Positions 27,702 to 37,089 are shown, numbered from the stretch's first letter. The stretch is DNA of 64,000 nucleotides from Escherichia coli (GCF_041248615.1 NZ_CP158426.1), one strand, 5' to 3'. The notes: generated from the sequence alone by a model not told the origin. Program-made: numbers and translations.

Positions 27702-29036
27702 TTATGATACCGATAAAAACTTTGTTGCAATTTCTGCTGCCGTTTTCTCCATGCTGGGATATACAGTGCTTTCGGATATATTAAGCTGCGCCAGCTCTTC
27801 CAGAATTTTATTTTTGTTCGCTATCTCCACTCTGTTAAGAGGAAACTCAGCATCTGTTTCCGGTAAAATGGGATCAAGTCCGAACAGAAGAAAAGCTCCT
27901 GCCTGAGATTGTATGCGTTCATTATTTATTTTAGCCTTAAGGAAAACAACTTTCCTTAAGTCATCAGGAATTATTCTGTTTCTGAAATATGATTTTTCAT
28001 TCTGTATAAGGTCTGCAAGTTTATCCGTGAGTTCAGATAACTCCATATTACCTTTTCTGGAATCAGAGGAGGACAATTTTTCCAACTCTTCGTAAGATAA
28101 AAGTGATAAGTTTGCTATACAGCTCACTGTATCTGAGTCGAAATATTTAATTTTCTTTCTATTTGTTGAAAACGAAATCACCTGTCCGTTTTCATCGGGG
28201 TTCGAACAGCAAGCAAAATATAATGCTATCAGTGGGTTAGATGTAATGTCTAAGAGTCTTGTAGGCAAGCCATAATGCTGCATGCGGACAAGTTTATCAA
28301 TCGTAAATTTATCCTCCTTAAATTCATTTGGTCTTGCGCTGAGTATTTCACGTACTAAATCAGATTCTGAAGCAAGATGCCTGTACGTCCCGTTTTGATT
28401 TTTTCTGTAAAGAGAGGGGACAAGCTCATATGAGCTTTTAGAGTGTCCACGATAAAAGGTAATGAGACCATCACGAAAGTTTTTCTTTATGAAATTAAGA
28501 TAATCTATAATATTCTCGACTACTGGGTATGTTTGTTTTTTTAATTTGATTGTACCTTTCAGTTGGCTATTTTGTTTGTTTAAACCAAGTGATTCCAGAA
28601 CAATATTTAAATCCTTATTTTTTACTGCCCAATGTGTACGACTTAACCCGAAAGATCCTAGCCCTAGGGTTTCTTTATATAATGTCGTTTGGGGATTCGT
28701 TATTTCTCCAAAATTATGATTAATCTTGAAAGAAAATAAAATATCGCCACCATCTTTACGTAAGTTTCTTATTTCCCCAAGTCTGATCCTGATGTACTTG
28801 TTTGTATCATATTCATCATCTTTTGTATAAGTTTCGGTCATGAACAATACTGGTAGCTTGGCGAGTTCTCTTAAGGTATCGGGTCTTATTGGTGTTAATT
28901 TACTGTAAATATCGCTTGGGGTGCCTTCCAGCATGCGGGACATCGAGAATCTTTCCTCGCCTTCTTTAAGCCCAGGGTCCATACACGGCCAGCGGTCAAA
29001 AACGTCCGGTTCTCCGGCCATGATTAAGCTAAACAT
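27702..29036 (-). CDS. FRG-domain protein (candidate anti-phage/abortive-infection moron)
   Basis: 444-aa ORF on the opposite strand to neighbours, in ~1.9 kb AT-rich block; motifs FYRGHS, LVPSLYR, QHYGLPTRLLDITSNPLIALYFA fit the FRG domain as I recall it; palindromic hairpin at its 3' end. Confidence 0.6.
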   Translation of the reverse strand: MFSLIMAGEPDVFDRWPCMDPGLKEGEERFSMSRMLEGTPSDIYSKLTPIRPDTLRELAKLPVLFMTETYTKDDEYDTNKYIRIRLGEIRNLRKDGGDILFSFKINHNFGEITNPQTTLYKETLGLGSFGLSRTHWAVKNKDLNIVLESLGLNKQNSQLKGTIKLKKQTYPVVENIIDYLNFIKKNFRDGLITFYRGHSKSSYELVPSLYRKNQNGTYRHLASESDLVREILSARPNEFKEDKFTIDKLVRMQHYGLPTRLLDITSNPLIALYFACCSNPDENGQVISFSTNRKKIKYFDSDTVSCIANLSLLSYEELEKLSSSDSRKGNMELSELTDKLADLIQNEKSYFRNRIIPDDLRKVVFLKAKINNERIQSQAGAFLLFGLDPILPETDAEFPLNRVEIANKNKILEELAQLNISESTVYPSMEKTAAEIATKFLSVS

Positions 29037-29324
29037 CGCAATCTCCTAAATTTACTTGCTAAAGTCAGTGTACTTTTATCATGTTGCTTCATTGTGTATG
29101 AAAGTAACATTGGTTGTCCATGCTCGTTTGTCTCTCATAATTCACAAATTTGCGAATATTTTTTATAAAAAATTCAAAACAGATAGGTTGACACAATCAA
29201 AATTCACAAAGGGCACCTGCTTCTAATGTGGTTACGGCCCGATCATACGGGCAATGTCTTTCCATTATTGAAAACTCCGGGATCAACCATGATATATGAA
29301 GTCTCTTGCTATCCAGTTAAGTAA

Positions 29325-29615
29325 ATGTCTGCTTCTCGCTCAAAGCGGGCTAGAAGGTTAGCTTGCGTCGGACTTGGCGTATTTAAAGAAGTGCTGGTGG
29401 TGACAGGTTATTATGTTCCATTTCTACAGAACAAAATCACAGAAACTATACCCAATAGTTGTATTGAATCACTGACGAGACATCCTCATATTTATCAGGA
29501 CTGGTGTACGTCCAATACAGGAGGTTGTGGTGCTGGTTCTCAAATGTGCGCTGGCTATTGCTGCTGTAATGGCAATTTATTGCCTTGCTGTTGTTCTTAT
29601 GGATCGCCTTTCTGA
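29325..29615 (+). CDS. Possible small Cys-rich protein (uncertain)
   Basis: 96-aa ORF ending GGCGAGSQMCAGYCCCNGNLLPCCCSYGSPF; no convincing RBS; divergent from the FRG gene. Confidence 0.25.
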   Translation: MSASRSKRARRLACVGLGVFKEVLVVTGYYVPFLQNKITETIPNSCIESLTRHPHIYQDWCTSNTGGCGAGSQMCAGYCCCNGNLLPCCCSYGSPF

Positions 29616-29830
29616 TTGATTTTATATTGGCGAGGTGACGTGAGTTAAGTAGAATTGCTGCGGGTGCTTGAGGCTATCTGCCTCAGGCATGAACACCAAA
29701 GGCAGATAGAGAAAAGCCCCAGTTAACATTACGCGTCCTGCAAGACGCTTAACATTAATCTGAGGCTCAATCTATGAACGGCAAATCTAGGTTAGCCTCT
29801 TACGTGCCGAAAGGCAAGGAGAAGCAGGCT

Positions 29831-29986
29831 ATGAAGCAGCAAAAGGCGATGTTAATCGCCCTGATCGTCATCTGTTTAACCGTCATTGTGACGGCACTGG
29901 TAACGAGGAAAGACCTCTGCGAGGTACGAATCCGAACCGGCCAGACGGAGGTCGCTGTCTTCACAGCTTACGAACCTGAGGAGTAA
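29831..29986 (+). CDS. hokD: Hok/Gef-family type I toxin (HokD-like), with overlapping mok frame from 29774
   Basis: MKQQKAMLIALIVICLTVIVTALVTRKDLCEVRIRTGQTEVAVFTAYEPEE; upstream leader stem-loop CTATCTGCCT...AGGCAGATAG. Confidence 0.85.
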   Translation: MKQQKAMLIALIVICLTVIVTALVTRKDLCEVRIRTGQTEVAVFTAYEPEE

Positions 29987-30129
29987 GAGACCTGGCGGGG
30001 GAGAAATCCCTCGCCACCTCTGATGTGTCAGGCATCCTCAACGCACCCGCACTTAACCCGCTTCGGCGTTTTTTCCGTTGATTAACTCTAGTTATTAGAG
30101 AACCGAACTTTTATTGATGGGGCAGGGAG

Positions 30130-30522
30130 ATGAAGAAACTTGTTTTAGTCGCAGGTGTAATGATTGCAACAGTAATGTTGGGAGGGTGTGCAGCAAAGGT
30201 CGATCCAGCGTTGAAAGCAGAAGCAATGAAGCCACTAACATGTAATGATGAAAAGCAATGTGACTTTTATTGGAAACGAGCGCAATTCTGGTTGGCTAAT
30301 AATTCCTCATGGAAAATTCAAACGGCGACAGACACGCTAATTTCCACTTATAATCCCTCTCCAAATAGTCCATTCCTCGCTTATCAAGTGAGTAAAATGC
30401 CAAATGAAGATGGATCCTCAAGAATTTTCATCAAGCCTTTTTGCGATAATATGTTTGGCTGTCAACCAAACCCCTATCAGGCAGTTGTTTCCTTTAAAAA
30501 CTTCGTTAAAACAGGGCAGTAG
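30130..30522 (+). CDS. Prophage lipoprotein
   Basis: 130-aa ORF with lipobox LGGC after a hydrophobic signal; Cys-containing mature part. Confidence 0.6.
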   Translation: MKKLVLVAGVMIATVMLGGCAAKVDPALKAEAMKPLTCNDEKQCDFYWKRAQFWLANNSSWKIQTATDTLISTYNPSPNSPFLAYQVSKMPNEDGSSRIFIKPFCDNMFGCQPNPYQAVVSFKNFVKTGQ

Positions 30523-30720
30523 TGTATAGCTTGGACGATAAATTATTAGTGAAAACGCCGTAAACCCTCACCCAATGTGGACTAAGCCTATCAAACATGA
30601 CTGTGATGATTAGTCCGTAGTTGTTGCCTATGAAATCTGGATTGAGTCAGGGTTTAATCCAATAATTATTCTATCGTTCCTTTACAAGTCTGGTATATTA
30701 CTTTCAGTTTGTTTTAGCAT

Positions 30721-30747
30721 ACCCGCTTCGGCGGGTTTTGTTTTTTC
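30721..30747 (+). terminator. Intrinsic terminator
   Basis: ACCCGC-TTCG-GCGGGT hairpin followed by TTTGTTTTTT. Confidence 0.5.
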
Positions 30748-30818
30748 CTGGCATTCTGGTTTACAATTCGCACGCCAGCCTGAACAACTGGCACCTGCTG
30801 CGCCAGCAGAGACAACCG

Positions 30819-31097
30819 ATGGCGCACGATACCAAATTACACAATTCTGATGATTCTGCCGTCTTTGCCAGCAGGCACGGGCGACGTTCCCGCACTTTCA
30901 AATCTGACTGGTTCCAGCATGATCCATGTACTGAAGAACAGGCCGAATGGCTAATTCATAACTATCGCAGACGCGGATACGAGATTAAGAAAGCCCTCAG
31001 CCTCGATTATCGTCACTGGATAATCTATGTCAGGCTCCCTTATTCCGAACGCCCACCGCGCCCATCCCGCACATACCAGCAACGGATCTGGAGGTAA
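30819..31097 (+). CDS. Hypothetical protein (92 aa)
   Basis: Start at internal Met MAHDTKLH after the terminator; basic C-terminus. Confidence 0.35.
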   Translation: MAHDTKLHNSDDSAVFASRHGRRSRTFKSDWFQHDPCTEEQAEWLIHNYRRRGYEIKKALSLDYRHWIIYVRLPYSERPPRPSRTYQQRIWR

Positions 31098-31170
31098 CGT
31101 GCGGATATTACTTCGACCTGTTCTGGTACCGGAACTCGGGCTGGTGGTCCTTAGGCCGGGCCGTGAATCC

Positions 31171-32154
31171 ATGCAAGTATTTCATAACCCTCGAGTGCTG
31201 GTGGAGCCTGAACCGAAAAGCATGCGCGGTCTGCCGTCCGGAGTCGTCCCTGCCGTTCGCCAGCCGCTGGCGGAGGATAAATCATTACTGCCATTTTTCA
31301 GCGATGAGCGGGTGATTCGTGCTGCTGGCGGCGCTGGGGCACTGTCTGACTGGCTGTTGCGTCATGTCAAATCCTGCCAGTGGCCTCATGGTGACTATCA
31401 TCACAGTGAAATCGTCATACATCGTTACGGTACCGGCGCGATGGTGTTGTGCTGGCACTGCGACAACCAGTTGCGTGACCAGACATCCGAATCACTCGGG
31501 CAACTTGCTCATCAAAACCTGTCAGCATGGATGATTGACGTCATACGCCATGCAATGAATGGCACGCAGGAGCGGGAATTGTCGCTGGCTGAATTATCCT
31601 GGTGGGCGGTCTGCAATCAGGTGGCGGACGCGCTTCCGGAGGCAGTATTACGTCGTTCTCTGGGGTTACGTGCGGAAAAAATCCGCTCCTTGTACCGCGA
31701 AAGCGACATCGTACTGGGAGAGCAGACCGCCACCAGCATACTGAAGCAGCGCACAAAAAATCTTGCGCCGTTGCCTCATGCCCACCAGCAAAACCCGCCA
31801 CAGGAAAAGACGGTGGTCAGCATTGCCGTTGATCCGGAGTCACCGGCTCAGTATCTCCAGCGCCAGAAACCACAACGGGAAGAGATGCCTGTATACACGC
31901 GTTGGGTAAAAACGCAGAAATGCATGACGTGCGGTAATCAGGCAGATGATCCGCATCACATCATTGGTCATGGACTGGGAGGGATGGGAACAAAGGCTGA
32001 TGATTTGTTTGTTATTCCGCTGTGCCGTAAATGTCATAACGAACTGCACGCCGGGGTAAAAGATTTTGAAGAAAAACACGGCAGCCAGCTGTTGTTGCTG
32101 ATTCGTTTTTTAATGCACGCGAGAAATTCGGGTGTCCTGAAGTGGAAAGCATGA
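31171..32154 (+). CDS. DUF968-family protein (YdfU-like)
   Basis: Start at MQVFHNP; C-terminal CxxC...HH..CRKCHNELH zinc-binding/HNH-like motif; upstream of rusA and Q. Confidence 0.6.
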   Translation: MQVFHNPRVLVEPEPKSMRGLPSGVVPAVRQPLAEDKSLLPFFSDERVIRAAGGAGALSDWLLRHVKSCQWPHGDYHHSEIVIHRYGTGAMVLCWHCDNQLRDQTSESLGQLAHQNLSAWMIDVIRHAMNGTQERELSLAELSWWAVCNQVADALPEAVLRRSLGLRAEKIRSLYRESDIVLGEQTATSILKQRTKNLAPLPHAHQQNPPQEKTVVSIAVDPESPAQYLQRQKPQREEMPVYTRWVKTQKCMTCGNQADDPHHIIGHGLGGMGTKADDLFVIPLCRKCHNELHAGVKDFEEKHGSQLLLLIRFLMHARNSGVLKWKA

Positions 32155-32520
32155 ATGACTGAACGCATAGAATTTGTTTTGCCTTACCCGCCGACGGTGA
32201 ATACCTACTGGCGACGTCATGGCAATACGTATTTCATCTCGGAAGCCGGAAAGCGTTATCGCCGTGATGTGGCGCTAATTGTTCGCCAGCAGCGGCTGAA
32301 ATTAAGCCTGTCCGGAAGGCTGGCGATAAAGATTATTGCAGAGCCACCGGATAAGCGCCGCCGCGACCTGGACAATATCCTGAAGGCACCACTGGATGCG
32401 CTGACGCATGCCGGACTACTTATAGACGACGAGCAGTTTGATGAAATCAATATTGTGCGCGGTCAGCTCGTTCCTGGTGGGCGGCTGGGGATAAAAATCA
32501 CAGAACTGGAGTGCGCATGA
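32155..32520 (+). CDS. rusA: RusA Holliday-junction resolvase
   Basis: 121-aa ORF MTERIEFVLPYPPTVNTYWRRHG...DLDNILKAPLDALTHAGLLIDD. Confidence 0.85.
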   Translation: MTERIEFVLPYPPTVNTYWRRHGNTYFISEAGKRYRRDVALIVRQQRLKLSLSGRLAIKIIAEPPDKRRRDLDNILKAPLDALTHAGLLIDDEQFDEINIVRGQLVPGGRLGIKITELECA

Positions 32521-33206
32521 ATAACCAGTATTTACAGTTTGTGCGTGAGCAGCTCATTATCGCCACCGCTGATTTGAGTGGGGCAACAAAAGGTCAGCTT
32601 GAAGCCTGGCAAGAGAATGCCATGTTCGATACAGGGCGTTACAGGCGAAAAAAAATCCGGTACCGCGATGAAGTGACTGGAAAAATGATAACGCGGGATA
32701 ATCCACCAATCCCGGGAAAGCAATCGCTGGCGAAGGGGACGTCAATTCCTCTGGTCAGTCCGGTTGAGTTTTCGACATCATCGTGGCGGCGGGCTGTTCT
32801 GTCTCTTGAAGAACATCATAAAGCCTGGTTGTTGTGGTGTTACAGCGGGAGTATTTGTTGGGAATATCAGATCGCGATAACACAGTGGGCGTGGAATGAA
32901 TTTAATACTCAATCCGGTACCAGAAAAATTGCAGGGAAAACGCAGGAACGCCTGAAAAAATTAATCTGGCTGGCGGCGCAGGCAGTAAAAGCAGAACTTT
33001 TTGGTGGGGAAGGTTATGAATACCAGGAGCTGGCATTACTGGCGGGAGTGACAACTAAAAACTGGTCCAAAACATTTACTCGTCACTGGGTTGCAATGAA
33101 ACACATTTTTCACCGACTTGATAGTGAGGCTTTATTGTTTGTAATGAGAACACGTTCAAAACAAAAGGCGGCATTTTCAAAGCAAAGTATTGCAAAAGTA
33201 GATTGA
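32511..33206 (+). CDS. Late-gene antiterminator Q-like protein
   Basis: 231-aa ORF after rusA and before tR'-like terminator, tRNAs and lysis genes; family assigned by position and length. Confidence 0.6.
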   Translation: MRMNNQYLQFVREQLIIATADLSGATKGQLEAWQENAMFDTGRYRRKKIRYRDEVTGKMITRDNPPIPGKQSLAKGTSIPLVSPVEFSTSSWRRAVLSLEEHHKAWLLWCYSGSICWEYQIAITQWAWNEFNTQSGTRKIAGKTQERLKKLIWLAAQAVKAELFGGEGYEYQELALLAGVTTKNWSKTFTRHWVAMKHIFHRLDSEALLFVMRTRSKQKAAFSKQSIAKVD

Positions 33207-33273
33207 AAGGCATATATTTCATGCAAATCTGATATTTTGCCGATTTTGTACGTGATGGCAAAAGCAAACAAAA

Positions 33274-33295
33274 CCCGCCCACAAGCGGGTTTTTT
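33274..33295 (+). terminator. tR'-like intrinsic terminator after Q
   Basis: CCCGC-CCACAA-GCGGG hairpin followed by TTTTTTG. Confidence 0.55.
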
Positions 33296-33401
33296 GTGCC
33301 ACTTATCTCGGATAGACATGGTGAATGCGCTAGTGGAGGAGATAAGGGTGATTTTTGAATGCTTGCAACATTGATTTCGTAACGTTATTATCCTGCGCCC
33401 G

Positions 33402-33477
33402 GCCCTTTAGCTCAGTGGTGAGAGCGAGCGACTCATAATCGCCAGGTCGCTGGTTCAAATCCAGCAAGGGCCACCAG
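33402..33477 (+). tRNA. tRNA with CAT anticodon (Met or Ile2, ileZ-like)
   Basis: GGCCCTTTAGCTCAGTGGTGAGAGC...CTCATAATCGC...GGTTCAAATCCAGCAAGGGCCACCA. Confidence 0.8.
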
Positions 33478-33478
33478 C

Positions 33479-33555
33479 CGCCACTAGCTCATCAGGAAAG
33501 AGCGTCAACCCTTTAAGTTGAGTGTGCGAGGTTCGAGTCCCCGGTGGCGGTCCAG
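33479..33555 (+). tRNA. tRNA-like gene, anticodon ambiguous (loop CCTTTAA, nominal TTT)
   Basis: 7-bp acceptor stem CCGCCAC/GTGGCGG, D and T arms present, CCA end; atypical C at position 33; T-stem has one A-C mismatch. Confidence 0.5.
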
Positions 33556-33556
33556 T

Positions 33557-33633
<77 letters not shown>

Positions 33634-33635
33634 AT

Positions 33636-33711
<76 letters not shown>

Positions 33712-33916
33712 TTAGAGTCTTTCAGTCTGCGATGATGGGAAATCCCGGAGTGACTGAAAGACGTTTAAGTTATGAATGATCGCTTTTTTTGCAAAATTGC
33801 TGTGCAGAAATACTAACCTTCGGGCAGGCGATCATTCATAAGCACTCTGCTTTTATTCCGATTAACTGTGGGTGGTTTGTTGGATAGAGTGCTTCCCTTA
33901 CTGTATATATCGTTTC

Positions 33917-33940
33917 GCCCGCTTTTGCGGGTTTTTCTTT
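33917..33940 (+). terminator. Intrinsic terminator upstream of holin
   Basis: GCCCGC-TTTT-GCGGG hairpin plus TTTTTCTTTTC. Confidence 0.5.
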
Positions 33941-34001
33941 TCAAATCCCTTTCATTTCTCAGTGTAAAACTACGCCATCCGTTATTTGCGGAGGTGAGGC
34001 T

Positions 34002-34217
34002 ATGAAATCCATGGACAAAATTTCAACGGGCATTGCCTACGGCACCTCCGCAGGCAGTGCTGGCTACTGGTTTTTACAGTGGCTTGATCAGGTCAGTCCG
34101 TCACAGTGGGCTGCGATTGGTGTACTGGGGAGTCTGGTTCTGGGCTTCCTGACTTATCTGACAAATCTGTACTTCAAAATCAGAGAAGACAAGCGTAAGG
34201 CTGCACGGGGAGAGTAA
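34002..34217 (+). CDS. Holin, phage 21 S-like pinholin (dual start MKSM/MDKI)
   Basis: 71-aa [32 protein letters not shown]...; two TM segments; GAGG RBS. Confidence 0.8.
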   Translation: MKSMDKISTGIAYGTSAGSAGYWFLQWLDQVSPSQWAAIGVLGSLVLGFLTYLTNLYFKIREDKRKAARGE

Positions 34218-34221
34218 TTCA

Positions 34222-34572
34222 ATGACTCAAAACTATGAACTGATTGTGAAAGGGATCCGCAATTTTGAGAATAAAGTTACGGTAACTTTAGCGTTACGGG
34301 ACAAAAAACGCTTTGACGGCGAAATTTTTGACCTGGACATCTCGCTGGACCGTGTTGAAGGTGCCGCGCTGGAGTTTTATGAGGCAGCAGCCAGAAGGAG
34401 CATCAGACAGGTCTTCCTGGATGTTGCTGCCGGGTTATGTGAAGGGGATGAGCAGTCGCCGGAAAAGCGCCCCGTAATTTTAGAGGCGCAGAATGTGTGG
34501 ATAACCTACAAAGGAAAGCTACCAGGAAGAATTACTGGTTCTCTGAAGACTCCTCCGGAATCACAACCTTAA
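34222..34572 (+). CDS. YdfR-like protein between holin and endolysin
   Basis: 116-aa ORF in the slot YdfR occupies in Qin as I recall; no catalytic motif. Confidence 0.45.
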   Translation: MTQNYELIVKGIRNFENKVTVTLALRDKKRFDGEIFDLDISLDRVEGAALEFYEAAARRSIRQVFLDVAAGLCEGDEQSPEKRPVILEAQNVWITYKGKLPGRITGSLKTPPESQP

Positions 34573-34635
34573 GTCACTGACCGGAACAGATAAACCTGTC
34601 CGTGGGCAGAAACCGATAAATCCTGATAAATATCC

Positions 34636-35169
34636 ATGAACGCAATAATCAGATACGGCCTGTCGGCTGCCGTTCTGGCACTGATTGCCGTCGGTGCGCC
34701 CGCGCCTGATATTCTCGACCAGTTTCTGGATGAAAAAGAAGGTAACCACACAACGGCATACCGCGATGGTTCCGGCATCTGGACCATCTGTCGGGGTGCC
34801 ACGATGGTGGATGGAAAACCCGTTTTTCCCGGTATGAAACTGTCGAAGGAAAAATGCGACCAGGTCAACGCCATTGAGCGTGATAAGGCGCTGGCATGGG
34901 TGGAGCGCAATATTAAAGTACCACTGACCGAACCACAAAAAGCGGGTATCGCGTCATTTTGTCCCTATAACATTGGCCCCGGTAAGTGTTTTCCATCGAC
35001 GTTTTATAAGCGGCTGAATGCTGGTGATCGTAAGGGCGCATGCGAGGCGATTCGCTGGTGGATAAAAGATGGTGGGCGCGATTGCCGCATACGTTCAAAT
35101 AACTGCTATGGACAGGTTATTCGTCGTGACCAGGAAAGCGCATTAGCCTGTTGGGGAATAGATCAGTGA
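34636..35169 (+). CDS. SAR endolysin (T4-type lysozyme fold)
   Basis: 177-aa ORF; N-terminal SAR-like [18 protein letters not shown]; EG..T catalytic region ([22 protein letters not shown]). Confidence 0.85.
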   Translation: MNAIIRYGLSAAVLALIAVGAPAPDILDQFLDEKEGNHTTAYRDGSGIWTICRGATMVDGKPVFPGMKLSKEKCDQVNAIERDKALAWVERNIKVPLTEPQKAGIASFCPYNIGPGKCFPSTFYKRLNAGDRKGACEAIRWWIKDGGRDCRIRSNNCYGQVIRRDQESALACWGIDQ

Positions 35170-35633
35170 GCAGAGTCGCCGCGATTATTTATGCTCTGGT
35201 TATCTGCATCATCGTCTGCCTGTCGTGGGCGGTCAATCATTACCGTGATAACGCCATCACCTACAAAGAACAGCGTGATAAAAAAGTCAGTGAGCTGAAG
35301 CAGCTGACCGCCACCATCGCTGACATGCAGCAGCGTCAGCGTGATGTTGCTGCGCTCGATGCAAAGTACTCGAGAGAATTAGCCAATGCGAAAGCTGAAA
35401 ATGAAACTCTGCGCGCTGATGTTGCCGCTGGTCGTAAGCGCCTGCGGGTCAATGCCAGTTGCTCCGCAGCCGTGCGTGAAGCCACCGGACCCACCAGCGT
35501 GGATAATGCAACCAGCCCCAGACTGGCAGACACCGCTGAACGGGATTATTTCACCCTCAGAGAACGGTTGATGACGATGCAGAAGCAACTGGAAGGGGCA
35601 CAGCTATACATTCGTGAGCAATGTCTCAGATAA
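35151..35633 (+). CDS. Rz i-spanin (start may be GTG at 35166)
   Basis: N-terminal TM, coiled-coil body; overlaps endolysin stop. Confidence 0.75.
   Translation: MGNRSVSRVAAIIYALVICIIVCLSWAVNHYRDNAITYKEQRDKKVSELKQLTATIADMQQRQRDVAALDAKYSRELANAKAENETLRADVAAGRKRLRVNASCSAAVREATGPTSVDNATSPRLADTAERDYFTLRERLMTMQKQLEGAQLYIREQCLR
35386..35571 (+). CDS. Rz1 o-spanin lipoprotein, embedded in Rz in the +1 frame
   Basis: [24 protein letters not shown]... lipobox VVSAC, Pro-rich mature part. Confidence 0.65.
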   Translation: MRKLKMKLCALMLPLVVSACGSMPVAPQPCVKPPDPPAWIMQPAPDWQTPLNGIISPSENG

Positions 35634-35788
35634 AAACCGGCCAAGGATAATCCGCTAAAGATTCGCCGGTGGCGAAAGAGAGCCAAGGTGTCAACCTACG
35701 CTATTACTTATGATAATGCAACAGACGAAGCGGGACATATTGGCGCATAACAAATCAGTGCAGGCTAACTGCAGGAAGAACTTAGGGC

Positions 35789-36055
35789 GTGAACGTAGAA
35801 AACCTAAGTAACGCACATTACATCTATAACGAGATGAAAGAGCTACAGCGACAGAAAGGTATACTGGAAAGTGGTGCAGGGCTTGGTGTGACAATCCAGT
35901 CTGCCTATCAATATAGTGCTTTTCTTGAGGCCATACGCCCGCATGCAGTTGCTGAACTTAACAGCCGTATTGAGGAAAAGAAATCCGCGCTGGTTAATTT
36001 GGGTGCTTCCTTCTCTATATACGAGCATAATAAGGCGGGTTGGAAACCCGCCTAA
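35789..36055 (+). CDS. Hypothetical protein (88 aa)
   Basis: ORF between lysis cassette and packaging genes; no motif recognised. Confidence 0.35.
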   Translation: MNVENLSNAHYIYNEMKELQRQKGILESGAGLGVTIQSAYQYSAFLEAIRPHAVAELNSRIEEKKSALVNLGASFSIYEHNKAGWKPA

Positions 36056-36060
36056 AGCAC

Positions 36061-36600
36061 TTAGAAACTGCGTGGAGCTGTGGAAAGAATGGATGTCAGT
36101 TCTTCCTTCGATAAATCCCAGCTTCGATTTACAGCGTCAATTTTCTTAAACTCATCAAGCATTGCGTTATAGAGATGTTCTGTACGTGAATGAGTATTGG
36201 CAATGGGCTGTTTCTGTTCGGGGAAGCGATCAATTTTCTGATATGCCTCAATGATACTGAAGTAATCGCATTCATTATGACCGTCGAAACCTGGGAGCTG
36301 AATTTCCCCATCATGTATTTTTAGATGATGGTCACGGACTAATTCTTTTTGCTCGTCATCACTAAGTTTCCTGAAAGCATTGGAAAGTCCGCGGTACATA
36401 TTCAAGACAGCAGTAACAAAATCACGATCTTCTTTACTTGGTTCATCAACATCCAAATGTGAATATTCGGCCTTCATAACCCAATCATTACCAGATGACA
36501 CAGCATATTTTACAAGCTGTGGATCAATATCAGTTTCGATACCTAGGTGGATGGCAATGTCACATAACAAAATGGTATTGATTTTATCCTTAATATCCAT
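36061..36600 (-). CDS. YfbU-family (UPF0304)-like protein, opposite-strand moron
   Basis: 179-aa ORF; resemblance to E. coli YfbU in the C-terminal half is by recollection only. Confidence 0.45.
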   Translation of the reverse strand: MDIKDKINTILLCDIAIHLGIETDIDPQLVKYAVSSGNDWVMKAEYSHLDVDEPSKEDRDFVTAVLNMYRGLSNAFRKLSDDEQKELVRDHHLKIHDGEIQLPGFDGHNECDYFSIIEAYQKIDRFPEQKQPIANTHSRTEHLYNAMLDEFKKIDAVNRSWDLSKEELTSILSTAPRSF

Positions 36601-36738
36601 GAGTTAACCCTCTGAAGTAAAAAGTAATATCTACACCCGTTAGCTCATGAAGTCTATTGATCTGGCTCATATCAGCGGCAAATCTATTTCATGGAGATAC
36701 TCAATGCAGGTCACTTTTGATTTATATAAGGGCGAAAC

Positions 36739-37089
36739 ATGCCAGCACTAATCCCACGAGCCTGCCGTAAACGTGGATGTGCAGGTACAACCACAGACAG
36801 TTCTGGTTACTGCGATAAACATCGTGGCGAAGGATGGGTACAGCATCAGCGCGGACTGAGTCGCCACCAGCGTGGCTATGGCTCGAAATGGGATGCCATA
36901 CGTGCGCGCATACTGAAGCGTGATAATCATCTGTGTCAGAACTGCCTGCGCAATGGGAGAGCCGTTGAAGCCAGAACTGTGGACCACATCATTCCGAAAG
37001 CTCATGGTGGCACGGATGCAGACAGTAACCTGCAGAGTCTGTGCTGGCCCTGTCATAAAGCAAAAACAGCGCGCGAACGCATCAATTGA
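36739..37089 (+). CDS. HNH endonuclease (packaging-associated)
   Basis: CxxC...HIIPKAHGGTDADSNLQSLCWPCHKAK motif; directly upstream of terminase. Confidence 0.8.
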   Translation: MPALIPRACRKRGCAGTTTDSSGYCDKHRGEGWVQHQRGLSRHQRGYGSKWDAIRARILKRDNHLCQNCLRNGRAVEARTVDHIIPKAHGGTDADSNLQSLCWPCHKAKTARERIN

